From Paracoccaceae bacterium (GTDB taxonomy: Bacteria; Pseudomonadota; Alphaproteobacteria; Rhodobacterales; Rhodobacteraceae), in the NCBI GenBank assembly GCA_958296035.1, contig OY282431.1, positions 2,214,037 through 2,278,036 on the forward strand: DNA of 64,000 nt, written 5' to 3'. Under the pieces are notes generated by a model. It saw only the letters and a list, made by a program, of their open reading frames with translations. It did no database searches and had not been told where the DNA came from. Shown here piece by piece: positions 35,069 through 44,709 of the stretch. Position numbers and translations under genes: made by a program. Every line of letters starts with the position of its first letter. Positions within the stretch are counted from its first letter, which is position 1.

Positions 35069-36070
35069 TTGGGGGAATCCTGGGCCCGTTTTCCTTCTTT
35101 CTACTTGGTGGAGCTTGAATGTGCCAGTTCAATCAACCCATAGTTGGGCAACAAAGAGCATGAGTTAGTGGAATCCTGCTGTCGTCCGACGTGTGCGATC
35201 AAGGCCCATGGCAGGCCTTTGATGACCGACCGGTAGCAGATCTACTTGCCAATTCTAGCATCAATCTTGGATGTGCAGTTCATGTCTTGGTGAGAAGGAT
35301 GCCATGTTCCTGCAACGCATGCCTAATCCAAGGCACTGATCGGTGCACCGAAAACAGACCTCAAAGGGCGCAGGGGTACGAGTAAGCGGGAGACAAGCCG
35401 GACTTGCCACCGCATCAAGCGGATCATCCTCACATAGGCTATAGGGAGTCCATAGGCTCGATTCACTACAAGGCAGCTACGAGGCCTCGTAATCGGCTGA
35501 CTGTGGTCAAATATTCCTTTCATCATACAGCGCCGCCTTGCGCCGAAAACCTCTTTGGCCCCTTTGGAAGCCTTGTCCAGAATTGCCTTGAGGTGTCCCT
35601 TTAATCCGATTTCACACAGCTCTTGCCTATCGAAATCTGCCTGCCGGTAGTTTCTTCGACTTCATAGCCAACGGCGCGGGCAACATTGTCCGATTGGCAC
35701 GGCAATTTCGACATTTGATGTCAGATTCTGGCTTTCTGCATCTCTGGAGACTCGCTTTGAATTCGGCGACCTACTCTGTGATGGAACTTGCAGGAAGTCT
35801 TAAACCCTATGAATTCTGAGCCACCAACTGTTTGGTGACCATGGTTGGAGTCAGGCAGCTTAGGCGGTATTTGGTGAATTGAACTCCAGCGGCAGCTATG
35901 AACCGCCGACACGCTGTGGCATTCAGAGTTTCCTGCTACCGAAACGTGACGGTGCTTTTGTATTGCGATACAATGATGACTCTCGGCGCGGGGACCGACA
36001 TTGAAGCCAGAGCACTGAACAAAGCGGGAGGCATGTTGCCATGCCATTTCTTATGGAGGGTGGATATCGC

Positions 36071-36880
36071 ATGGACCGTTTGAATTGGTGGCTGCGATTG
36101 GTGCTTGCTGGAACCCTGCTCATTGGCGTGAATTCAAGTGCCGCATTGGCCCAGCAGAAAACGATTGTCGTGGCAGCCAGTCCAGAGCTTGTTGAGTCCG
36201 GACTTGCAGATTTCTTGTACCCGCGGTTTTCCTTCAAGCACAATGTTCGGATCAGGCCAGTTGAGCTGGGAAGCCTGGAGGCCGTCGAAGCGCACATCTG
36301 GCTAGGTCCTGAAACCACGGTCGAAAGTGGTACTCCTGTCCTCGTTCAGGGAGATACAATCTACAATCTTGAGATTCGTCCCCGGGAAGCAGACGCCGAT
36401 TCAACAAAAAGTGCACAAAAGTTACTGGATTGGCTGATTTCCGACATTGGAAAGACGACTGTACGTGACTTCGAAAACGGTGAAGGGTTGAAATTCCTTC
36501 CCGTCGAGGAGAAGGCCACTGTTCGAATTCAGCCCGTCGTAAGAACCGATGTTTCAGAAGGTCTGGAATTGTCACTTCAAAAGTGTGGCCGGTGCCACGT
36601 TGTAGGTGCAGTCAACCGGATGCAGGGAATTGGATCGACACCCTCATTCCATATGTTGCGAACGCTGCCGGACTGGGAAGACAGATTCTTCGTATTCTAT
36701 GTGCTGAATCCCCATCCGGCTTTTATCCAGATTACCGATGTCACACCGCCATTTCGGGAACGCCAACCTCCACCCATAGAACCGATCGAACTCACACTTG
36801 AACATATCGACGCAATCGTAGCCTACGTATCAACGCTTGAACCGGCTCGGCTAGGACAGCCGCTTGCCAATAATCCGTAA
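36071..36880 (+). CDS. secreted protein: TupA/ModA-like N-terminal lobe fused to a c-type haem (CxxCH) region
   Basis: Signal peptide MDRLNWWLRLVLAGTLLIGVNSSAALA. IVVAASPELVESGLADFLYPRF resembles the TTS..SGL block of tungstate-binding proteins. Single CGRCH motif. Start set to ATG 36071. Confidence 0.65.
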   Translation: MDRLNWWLRLVLAGTLLIGVNSSAALAQQKTIVVAASPELVESGLADFLYPRFSFKHNVRIRPVELGSLEAVEAHIWLGPETTVESGTPVLVQGDTIYNLEIRPREADADSTKSAQKLLDWLISDIGKTTVRDFENGEGLKFLPVEEKATVRIQPVVRTDVSEGLELSLQKCGRCHVVGAVNRMQGIGSTPSFHMLRTLPDWEDRFFVFYVLNPHPAFIQITDVTPPFRERQPPPIEPIELTLEHIDAIVAYVSTLEPARLGQPLANNP

Positions 36881-37060
36881 ATGTCCGGTCGGAATTGCTG
36901 CGACATGGCACCTGGCGGTTCTGCCATGAAATAAGCCGACAGCCCGCGGGGAACGCCTCAAGGCAGCCAAAGCCGACTGCGCTGCACTGCTCTTCAGGAG
37001 TTGGGTCGGAATTCAAATCCTGTGCGAGAAAGACATGAGCGATGCCAGATGTTTGCTCGC

Positions 37061-38995
37061 CTAGTCGTTGGCGGTACGAGGTAGTGGCCTTGCACCTGCC
37101 GCGAATGGACTGTTCTCCGAGTGATACTGTGACAAGATTCGACAGTCGTCGCACATTTTCATCAGGCGGATTGTACTCTCGTTGCTGAACATGGAATGCT
37201 TGTTGGCGAGCTGGCCGGTAATGCGCTCAATCATCGACCGGACGCCGAACGCCTTGCCGCATTCGACACACAGAAATGGTTCTTCCTCGTTTAGAACCGT
37301 GATTTCCATGCTTTCTTTCCCGAGATGAAACCGGGGCTCGAGCGTGATTGCGCTCTCCGGGCAAATCTTGCTGCAGAGTCCACACTGAATGCAACTATCC
37401 TCCTGAAACCTCAACTCGGGACGTTCAGTGTTGTCTCTAATTGCCCCCGTAGGACAATGCGCCGAACAGGCCATGCACAATGTGCAAGCCTCAGTATCGA
37501 CCGTAATTGCGCCATATGGAGAACCCGGAGGCAGCGGTAATGGTGCATCGACGTCTGGATTTAGTGCAAGCGCAGCCATTCGGGCCACTTGCTTTCGAGT
37601 TCCAAGCGGGAGAATCGGTTGCTCCAGCGAGGTCAGATTTCTCTCATACAGTAAATCGCTCAGTTCATCAGGATCACTTACGTCGAGCAGACGAATACGA
37701 TTCCCTGTTCCGATGCACTCGGCCAGGTGCATCTGTGATTTCAGCGTGTCCGTCGGCGTGGCTGGCGATGGCAGCAGCACGACCTCGGCAAAGCCAACGC
37801 CAATTGCCGCCAGCATCTCTGCGTGGCCAAACCCGGAAATCCCTTCCATTGCCATGGGAATGACATCGGCGGGCAGACCTCTTCCATAACGGGCAGCCAG
37901 GCTGATCATCTCACTTCCATATTGGGCTGTGTGAACCAGCAGCCGCGGGTTGTTCCCGCCTGTCTTGCGGAATGTACTGGCGAGAACTTCCATGCGCTTG
38001 AACAGGTGCTCAACCGACGGCCATTCATGTGTTATGGCTGAGGCCGGGCACACTGCAGCGCATTCACCGCATCCGGCACACACCATGGCATCAATCGAAA
38101 CATGATCGCCGGCTGGTGATATTGCTCCGGTCGAACAGGTATCAAGACAGCGCGTGCAACCTATCTGCTTTGATCTGCTATGCGCACATAATGATTCATT
38201 GAGCCTTACATAGAGCGGTTTTTCAAAGCTGCCCACAAGTTGGGAAGCCTCGAGAATTAGCTTGCCCACGGCGGCCGGGCGGCCGGGGTCCGCTCTGAGA
38301 TAACCATCACGTTTTTCCGGCGCCACGAAGAGGCTGATTCCCTTTCTTACGTCGACAATGATGTCGCATTCGCTCGCGGCGCCGTCGCGAGGCGCCGTGA
38401 ACCCGAAGCTGCCACGACCGCCAGGTACAATCTGACGCAGCGCGTCGAGCTTGACTACAAATCCGCCAAAGGCACCAGTAGCCGAACGCAGCTTGCCAAT
38501 CACGACATCAAACATGCGGTCGACAGGAACGTCGTCTGGCTCGGCTTCCAGTAGCACTGTAACGGATAGCAAATTGGCCAGTTGAGTGGCTATGTCCATT
38601 GCGATTTCGGTCTGCCCAAGAACCAGGCAAAGACCTTCCGATTCCACATCAACCAAGCGCGTCTCCGGAGTCGGCAACATCGCCTCTGCCACCAGAGAGG
38701 CTTGTTTGGGACCCGCCTTGTCTGCCTCATCTGACCACCCGGCGCGATCGCGCAAGTCTACTAATCCGGGTGCATCAACCGCCAGAGACGCCGCGATTTC
38801 TTCAAATCTGGCCCTCTCCTGCTGGCAGGCAATGATTACGGAACCACTGGACAGTGACCCTTCGACGAGATTGGCCTGAGTGGTGCAAAGCGATGTGTGC
38901 ACAGACGAGCAGCGGCCGGGGAAAGCCGCAGAGATAGCAGCTGTGTCAAGTTCCTGACTGCCGAGGCAGTCACATAGCATCAGCGTTTCTGTCAT
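37061..38995 (-). CDS. multi-[4Fe-4S] ferredoxin-domain protein (FDH-cluster associated)
   Basis: 644 aa with CTRCLDTCSTGAI, CAGCGECAAVCP, CTLCMACSAHCP and CIQCGLCSKICP motifs plus C-terminal CVECGKAF...CDDC. Confidence 0.85.
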   Translation of the reverse strand: MTETLMLCDCLGSQELDTAAISAAFPGRCSSVHTSLCTTQANLVEGSLSSGSVIIACQQERARFEEIAASLAVDAPGLVDLRDRAGWSDEADKAGPKQASLVAEAMLPTPETRLVDVESEGLCLVLGQTEIAMDIATQLANLLSVTVLLEAEPDDVPVDRMFDVVIGKLRSATGAFGGFVVKLDALRQIVPGGRGSFGFTAPRDGAASECDIIVDVRKGISLFVAPEKRDGYLRADPGRPAAVGKLILEASQLVGSFEKPLYVRLNESLCAHSRSKQIGCTRCLDTCSTGAISPAGDHVSIDAMVCAGCGECAAVCPASAITHEWPSVEHLFKRMEVLASTFRKTGGNNPRLLVHTAQYGSEMISLAARYGRGLPADVIPMAMEGISGFGHAEMLAAIGVGFAEVVLLPSPATPTDTLKSQMHLAECIGTGNRIRLLDVSDPDELSDLLYERNLTSLEQPILPLGTRKQVARMAALALNPDVDAPLPLPPGSPYGAITVDTEACTLCMACSAHCPTGAIRDNTERPELRFQEDSCIQCGLCSKICPESAITLEPRFHLGKESMEITVLNEEEPFLCVECGKAFGVRSMIERITGQLANKHSMFSNESTIRLMKMCDDCRILSQYHSENSPFAAGARPLPRTAND

Positions 38996-39467
38996 GATTT
39001 TCCGTATTTTCTCCTAACCTGCCAGACAGCCAAATTGAACAGGACTGGTCATTCACGCGGTTGAATTTCAGGAATTCTGTCCGCGGTGCCGACGGACTAT
39101 CCCAGAGTGCATCGACAACCCGAAAATGACAAGGCCTGCGACGGAGTGTCCCGCCATATGCAGGCAGCAAGAGCGTAGTGCCGCGTATCACTTGTGCTGA
39201 AGCGACCGCCAGCCAATTTCGGCTGGCACCGAAGCCATTGCGACAAGTCTGTTGGTGGATCGTCAGTTTGAAATCTTCACTCTATTGCCTGGTCGTTCAA
39301 TTGTTATGACGCCCGCAGCTAACTACCGTCGGTTCGGCGTTGAACTGGAACAAGGGAATCGTTACGAACCAATTCCCGGAAGGTCGGTACTCATTTGTCC
39401 ACGAGATTCATCAAATTGGTCTTGTCGGGTGGGGTGCCGCTGTTAGCCTGCCGCGGTAACAGAAGGC

Positions 39468-40058
39468 GTGACCTCAGCAATTCGGAGTATTGGTACATTG
39501 CCGCAGAGCCCTACGACACTGCCTGTCGGCGTCGTCATTCGAAGAACCAGGAGCAAGTCGCGGTGGGTGGACTGGTCATGGGCTGTTGTAGGATTGCTTC
39601 CGGGAGCCGGGCCCTCGAACTGGAAGGAAATCTACAGAAAGGGTGATTCCGTCGAGTATCACGCCTCGACCCTATCGCTTGAATTGTGGCCCTCCGACAC
39701 CGAAGCATACCTGATGGAACTCTCATCACGCGAGCCCTCAGCCTATGTTGTGTTTACGATGGACGACACTTCGAAAAAGGAAGATATCGAGTTCAATCTG
39801 ATCACCGTCTCACCATACGAGGCACAGGACTATCTGGATGGCGGCGAGGCGCGGGTTGAGCGGGTTGCAATGCCCCGGATGCTCAGGGACATTGTGGTTG
39901 ATTTCTGCAGACACCTCCATACCGAAGAGGCGTTTATCAAGCGCAAACGTGACAAGCTTCGCGTTGACCAGAAACAGGACGGTATTGGCGATGCGAGGAT
40001 TCGTCAGCTATCAGATGTGTACCGATCTCCCAAATCGCGGCGAAAGGGATTAACGTGA
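39468..40058 (+). CDS. DUF3305-like protein
   Basis: 196 aa, GTG start. LPVGVVIRR...RWVDWSW pattern. Position upstream of DUF3306 and TorD as in FDH accessory clusters. Confidence 0.65.
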   Translation: MTSAIRSIGTLPQSPTTLPVGVVIRRTRSKSRWVDWSWAVVGLLPGAGPSNWKEIYRKGDSVEYHASTLSLELWPSDTEAYLMELSSREPSAYVVFTMDDTSKKEDIEFNLITVSPYEAQDYLDGGEARVERVAMPRMLRDIVVDFCRHLHTEEAFIKRKRDKLRVDQKQDGIGDARIRQLSDVYRSPKSRRKGLT

Positions 40059-40645
40059 ATCCGCCGACAGATTTCTGGTCAAGGCGCAAGGCCGCGGTTC
40101 GCTCCGAGGCAGAAGCCGAGGAACGGCAGTTCCAGCAATTGAAAGAGCAAGAGGAGCAGAAGGCGCTTGAGGAAAGGCCGGATGAAGATATCCTGGAGGA
40201 ACTTGGACTTCCGGACCCGGACACAATGGGTCAGGGGGATGATTTCTCCCGCTTCATGAAGGCGGCTGTGCCAGAGAGGATTCGGCGACGGGCACTGCGC
40301 AAGCTATGGCTTTCAAATCCGGTTCTGGCAAACCTCGACGGGTTGCTGGAATATGGTGAAGACTACACGGATGCGGCAACCGTCGTCGAAGATTTGTCAA
40401 CGGCCTACGAGATTGGCAAGGGAATGCTTGCACGTTTTGCCACCGAAGGTGAAGTCGATACCGAAGACCCGCAACCCAATAATGACCTGACCGAGACTGT
40501 CACGGTATCCCCCGAAGTACCGGAACCGAAGGCCGCTTCCGGTCAATTGACTGTGGAGCAAGATCCAGCTGAGGATACGGATGACGCCATGGACTTTGCC
40601 CCGGTGACCAAGCGACGAATGCAGTTTCGTTTCGATGATAATTGA
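40055..40645 (+). CDS. DUF3306-like protein
   Basis: 196 aa. N-terminal FWSRRKAAV, then an acidic/coiled region. 4-nt overlap with the upstream gene. Confidence 0.65.
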   Translation: MNPPTDFWSRRKAAVRSEAEAEERQFQQLKEQEEQKALEERPDEDILEELGLPDPDTMGQGDDFSRFMKAAVPERIRRRALRKLWLSNPVLANLDGLLEYGEDYTDAATVVEDLSTAYEIGKGMLARFATEGEVDTEDPQPNNDLTETVTVSPEVPEPKAASGQLTVEQDPAEDTDDAMDFAPVTKRRMQFRFDDN

Positions 40646-40662
40646 CAACAACAAAGAGACGC

Positions 40663-41283
40663 ATGCCGAACGACAAACTTGATATCGAGCCGGAAGACAT
40701 GGATAGAGCTCGGCTCTATGACTTTCTTGGTGCCCTGCTGTCTGAACCTCCTGACCAATTGTTCCTGGATAAGGTTGCCGACCTGCGCGGAGACGATACC
40801 GAAATTGGCCGAACAATCGAAACGCTTCGCAAACTGGCCACCGTGACGACTGCCGAAGCCGTCAGAAGTGAATTCACCGCACTGTTCATTGGCGTTGGCC
40901 GCGGCGAACTGCTGCCTTATTGCAGCTACTACCGCACAGGTTTTCTTAATGAGAAGCCATTGGCCGAGCTGCGCAAGGACCTTGCCAGGCTAAGAATCAA
41001 GAAAGCCGAGAACGTGTTTGAGCCGGAAGACGGCATTGCCAGCCTCATGGAAACAATGGCTGCACTGATTACCGGTCGATTGGGGGTCCAAGCGACGCTA
41101 GCAGCCCAGCGCGAGTTCTTCGACCGCCACATCAAACCCTGGGCCTCTCACTTCTATTCGGATTTGGAAAAGGCCACGAACGCAGTGTTCTATGTGCCTG
41201 TTGGCACACTTGGACGCACGTTTATGGAAATCGAAGCAGAAGCGTATGTGTTGGCCGGCAGTCAGGCCCGTCCGTATCATTGA
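40663..41283 (+). CDS. TorD/DmsD-family redox-enzyme maturation chaperone
   Basis: RARLYDFLGALLSEPPD, LFIGVGRGELLPYCSYY and EPEDGIASLME blocks typical of TorD-like chaperones. ATG 40663 preferred over TTG 40642. Confidence 0.8.
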   Translation: MPNDKLDIEPEDMDRARLYDFLGALLSEPPDQLFLDKVADLRGDDTEIGRTIETLRKLATVTTAEAVRSEFTALFIGVGRGELLPYCSYYRTGFLNEKPLAELRKDLARLRIKKAENVFEPEDGIASLMETMAALITGRLGVQATLAAQREFFDRHIKPWASHFYSDLEKATNAVFYVPVGTLGRTFMEIEAEAYVLAGSQARPYH

Positions 41284-41808
41284 GCGGCGGACCTACCCTT
41301 CACAAGTTCTTATAGACCTGGGCATCTGTCGCTTCACAATGCTGACCAAATAGCCGGGTGTCGCAGATAGCCTCCGCTTACGTGGATTCATGGTTTCCAA
41401 GATTTGGACAAGCGGCGAATTTTCGCCCTTGTAACGGGATTGCCCGGCCTGTCAGCAGGCAAGCAGATCAGAACGCAGGTGAGCACATTGTCGACTGAAT
41501 GGAGCCTCCCGTGCATCGGTTCCATGGTGTTTTTCAGATTTCCACTCATACATTCAATTGTGAACAGCTTGCCGAGCAACCGCCCGCCAACAGCGGCACG
41601 CAAAATCAAACGACCGCGTCGCGTTCGCCAAAGATGCTTTCCCGTCTGCTGGATTGAGCCTCTTGCAAAATGAAGGCACGTTCGGGGATCAAACCAGTAG
41701 TCAGACCGGAAATGCATCTTAGAGACGCTCCACAGCCACTTCAGTGCAGTTTGTCCCGGTTCTTAGCTATTCTTGCCTATTCAGGACACCCCAATACGCC
41801 GGTCCCGA

Positions 41809-41892
41809 ATCAGAACCGGCGGACATAGACGTTGCGGCCACCGAACGCGTCCTTCAGACGGCCATTGACCCGTTCCGCAGTGCTGCGCAATC
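41809..41892 (-). pseudogene. C-terminal fragment of the IS4/IS5-superfamily DDE transposase gene (split by IS66)
   Basis: Reads (R)LRSTAERVNGRLKDAFGGRNVYVRRF*. It continues ...DPASLRYRLR at 44702+ once IS66 and one copy of the 8-bp duplication are removed. Confidence 0.6.
41885..41892. repeat. 8-bp target-site duplication GCGCAATC (left copy) of the IS66 insertion
   Basis: Identical octamer at 44702-44709, immediately outside both inverted repeats. Confidence 0.85.
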
Positions 41893-41915
41893 GTAAGCGG
41901 GCAAACTGGTACGTC
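41893..41915. repeat. IS66 terminal inverted repeat (GTAAGCGGGCAAACTGGTACGTC)
   Basis: Perfect reverse complement of 44679-44701. Confidence 0.9.
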
Positions 41916-42151
41916 ATCGAGTCATTCCTAATCGTGAATACAGTGCTCGTCGACATCTTGCATAACTTTGTTAGAGACACAATAAGGGCTAGTTAACGTC
42001 CATATATTGTGGTTCTAGAGAATATTTCTGCTTGACACCTCTGCCCCTTCGTGCTAGAGAACGTCATGCTCAAGTTCGACAGTACATCACCGTATCCAGC
42101 CCCGTTCGGGCCGCTTTTCCAGCCCCGAAAAGCGCCATCGGGAGGTCGGTC

Positions 42152-43879
42152 ATGACACCGAAACGGGCCCTCGAAAAGGCACTGGCTGAACGGAATGCAG
42201 CACGAAAAGACGTCGCCTCTCTCACACAAGAAATTGCCTCTCTCAGGCGTCAGATAGAGTGGTTCAAGCGCCAGCTCTTCGGCGCCACATCCGAACGGCA
42301 GACGGTCAGGACGCCCGAGCAGGGACGCGACATGTTCGAGGCCGCCGGCGTCGAGTCCGGCGCCGAGACCGCCCCGTCATCCGATGATGACGCGCCGGAT
42401 GACCCGTCGACTTGTGCCGGTCAGGCCGAGGAGAAGAAGAAACGCAAGCGCGGCAAGAAGAAGCGTGGCCCTGCCGTCAATGACAGCGGTCTGCGCTTTG
42501 ATGCCGATGTTCCGGTCCAGGATGTGTATCTTGAACCGGAGGGTCTTGACGGCATTCCCGGGGACGAACTCGAGAAGGTCGGCGAGCATGTGGTCTGCAA
42601 GCTGGTCACCCGTCGCGAGACCTCGCACGTCGCCCGCTTCATCATGCCGATCTACAAGCGCCGCGAGACCAACGCCTTCCTCCCGGTTCCGACGCCCCCG
42701 TCGGTCTTCGAGAGCAGTTGCGTCGATGTCAGTTTCATCGCCCGTATGCTGATCGACAAGTTCATCTGGCATATGCCCCTCAATCGCCAGCACCGGCGTC
42801 TGTCTGCGGACGGCATTGAGGTCAGCCGCTCGAGCCTCAGGGGCTGGGTGCGACGTGCGATTGACCTTCTCTGTCCGCTGGCCGAGGCGCAGTGGCGCTC
42901 TGTCCTGGCGAGCGATGTCATCATGATGGACGAGACATATCTCCGGGCCGGCCGGATATCACGGGGCAAGATGCGCCGCGGCGTGTTGTGGCCGGTGCTG
43001 GGCGACCGGGGCGAGATTGTGTTTCATTACCGGCCCGATCGCCAGCACCATCATGTGGGGGGCATTCTGGGCGACTGGTCCGGGGTTTTGCACAGCGATG
43101 GCTATGGGGCTTATGCGGCCTGGTCGGAGGCGATGTCGGGACGGGTTGCGCATGCGTTGTGCTGGGCGCACACCCGTCGCAAGTTCGAGGGCTGCAAGGA
43201 TCATGAGCCCGAGCATGCGGGGCGTGCTCTGGCGTTGATTGCCAAGATGTACCTGACCGAGCGGGAGGCGCGTGCGGACGGCACATCGGGGGTTGCGTTG
43301 CTGGCTGCCCGTCATAAGCTGCTGGCGCCGGCGATGGCGGCCTTCTGGGAGTGGCATGGGACGATGCTGGCGCGTGACTGGTTGCCGAAGGATCCGTTCT
43401 ACCAGGCTCTGTGTTATGCCGGAGAGCGGCGTGCCGGGCTTGAGGTGTGTCTGGGTCATGCCGGTGTTCGTCTGGATACCAACGAACTGGAGCGCCAGAT
43501 CCGCCCCATAGCGACGGGTCGCAGGAACTGGCTGTTTGCCTGGAGCGAGGCCGGTGCCCGCGACATCGCCACCATCCAGTCCTTGCTTCTGACCTGTCAA
43601 TTGCAGTGTGTTGATGTCTGGACCTGGCTGGTCGATGTCCTGCAGCGTGTGGCCCTGCATCCGGCCCGGCTGGTCGAGGAGTTGACGCCCCGCCGCTGGC
43701 CAGACGTGTTTGGTGCGGCGCCCTTGGGCTCGGTTGTCAGTCAGCGGCCCTTCGGCGGTTCGGCCGGCGTCTATACCCCGGACCCGGAACGGCCCTGTGC
43801 ATCTCCCCGGGCCGGCATGGCGGCGCCGGGACAGCCCATTCCGATGTCACCTCTCAAGCGGTCATGGCGACAATCCTGA
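42152..43879 (+). CDS. tnpC: IS66-family transposase TnpC
   Basis: N-terminal coiled coil plus LFGATSERQ. DDE region (MMDETYL, HSDGYGAY, CWAHTRRKF). GGAGG Shine-Dalgarno sequence 7 nt upstream of ATG 42152. Unusually long C-terminal tail. Confidence 0.85.
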   Translation: MTPKRALEKALAERNAARKDVASLTQEIASLRRQIEWFKRQLFGATSERQTVRTPEQGRDMFEAAGVESGAETAPSSDDDAPDDPSTCAGQAEEKKKRKRGKKKRGPAVNDSGLRFDADVPVQDVYLEPEGLDGIPGDELEKVGEHVVCKLVTRRETSHVARFIMPIYKRRETNAFLPVPTPPSVFESSCVDVSFIARMLIDKFIWHMPLNRQHRRLSADGIEVSRSSLRGWVRRAIDLLCPLAEAQWRSVLASDVIMMDETYLRAGRISRGKMRRGVLWPVLGDRGEIVFHYRPDRQHHHVGGILGDWSGVLHSDGYGAYAAWSEAMSGRVAHALCWAHTRRKFEGCKDHEPEHAGRALALIAKMYLTEREARADGTSGVALLAARHKLLAPAMAAFWEWHGTMLARDWLPKDPFYQALCYAGERRAGLEVCLGHAGVRLDTNELERQIRPIATGRRNWLFAWSEAGARDIATIQSLLLTCQLQCVDVWTWLVDVLQRVALHPARLVEELTPRRWPDVFGAAPLGSVVSQRPFGGSAGVYTPDPERPCASPRAGMAAPGQPIPMSPLKRSWRQS

Positions 43880-43933
43880 CCACACGACACATCCCTGACC
43901 TGGCCTGAGGCGAGGCCGGCCGGCCCGGCGCCG

Positions 43934-44287
43934 TCAGGCGGCCCGGGCGTACCGTTTGCGTTGTCTTGACTTGATGATGTCGATGCCGTCGACCAGCGCC
44001 ATGAGCCCGGTGGCCGAGACCGGCTCGGCCGGATTGCTGGAGATGAGCCGGGTAAAGAGGCCGCTCTCCAGGCGCTTGGACCAGATCCAGTAGCCGCCCC
44101 GGTCGAAGGCGATGACCTTGAGCATGGTGCGGCGTCGATTGAGGAAGACATACCAGTCCCCCGAGATCGGGTTGCGGCCGAGGCGGTTGCGCACCAAGGC
44201 CGAAAGCCCGTCATAGGACAGGCGCATGTCGGCGGGTTCGGTGGCCAGCCAGATGCGGCCCCGGCCGGGAAAGCCGGACCCGATCAT
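43934..44287 (-). CDS. tnpB: IS66 Orf2-like protein TnpB
   Basis: 117 aa from MIGSGFPG (ATG 44287, ATGA overlap with tnpA). Motifs DMRLSYDGL and VFLNRRRTMLKV. Confidence 0.85.
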   Translation of the reverse strand: MIGSGFPGRGRIWLATEPADMRLSYDGLSALVRNRLGRNPISGDWYVFLNRRRTMLKVIAFDRGGYWIWSKRLESGLFTRLISSNPAEPVSATGLMALVDGIDIIKSRQRKRYARAA

Positions 44288-44610
44288 GACCGGCGCATCC
44301 GCAAGACAACATCGGGCCCGAGCGTGAGCTCGATCTCCCAGTGCGGCTGTGCAGCTGGTCCGAGATTGACAAAGGGCGGCGTGACCGGGGCGGCGGCCGT
44401 GTGGCTGCCGGTGTCTTTGCGGAAGCGCTGGCACCATCTCCGGAACGTGCTGTAGCGGAGACCCTGTGTGTCGCAAAAGTCCCGGCGTGTCAGCTCCGAT
44501 GATTGCCAGGTGTCATAGATGTCCCGCCACTGATCACGGCTCCGCACAGGAGCGCGCTGTGGGGTGGGTGGTGATTGTGAAATGCCGTTCTCCATGGGCC
44601 TTGTCTCCAT
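44284..44610 (-). CDS. tnpA: IS66 Orf1-like HTH protein TnpA
   Basis: 108 aa. RRDFCDTQGLRYSTFRRWCQRF HTH-like block. 91 nt inside the right inverted repeat. Confidence 0.8.
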   Translation of the reverse strand: METRPMENGISQSPPTPQRAPVRSRDQWRDIYDTWQSSELTRRDFCDTQGLRYSTFRRWCQRFRKDTGSHTAAAPVTPPFVNLGPAAQPHWEIELTLGPDVVLRMRRS

Positions 44611-44678
44611 CTGTTGTCACGGGATTGACCGAATTCAGATGATCGGAGAACAGATGCTGATCGTCAACAGCTAATCAG

Positions 44679-44701
44679 GACGTACCAGTTTGCCCGCTTA
44701 C
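44679..44701. repeat. IS66 terminal inverted repeat (right)
   Basis: Reverse complement of 41893-41915. Confidence 0.9.
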
Positions 44702-44709
44702 GCGCAATC
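44702..44709. repeat. 8-bp target-site duplication GCGCAATC (right copy)
   Basis: Identical to 41885-41892. Confidence 0.85.

Larger units (their letters stand above)
41893..44701. mobile_element. IS66-family insertion sequence (2809 bp)
   Basis: 23-bp perfect terminal inverted repeats beginning GTAAGCG. 8-bp target-site duplication. Encodes tnpA, tnpB and tnpC homologues. Confidence 0.88.

Noticed and set aside
35382-35390. GTAAGCGGG, identical to the first 9 nt of the IS66 inverted repeat, as a possible solo IS66 end. CGCTTAC near 41375 is a similar case.
   Set aside because: The match does not extend beyond 9 nt. A 9-mer is expected by chance roughly once in a window of this size when both strands are counted.
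35323-35714. Minus-strand fragments (MSKLPCQSDNVARAVGYEVEETTGRQISIGKS..., then LKGHLKAILDKASKGAKEVFG...) vaguely reminiscent of a serine-recombinase N-terminus (Y.RVST..Q) at the right edge of the island.
   Set aside because: The catalytic Ser context is absent, the frame is broken, and the similarity is too weak to claim. Only a profile search could rescue it.
28144-36070. Search for tRNA genes, integrase genes or direct repeats marking the island borders.
   Set aside because: None were found by eye. The absence is reported in the island finding but is not itself evidence. It needs tRNAscan/Aragorn and repeat-finder confirmation.
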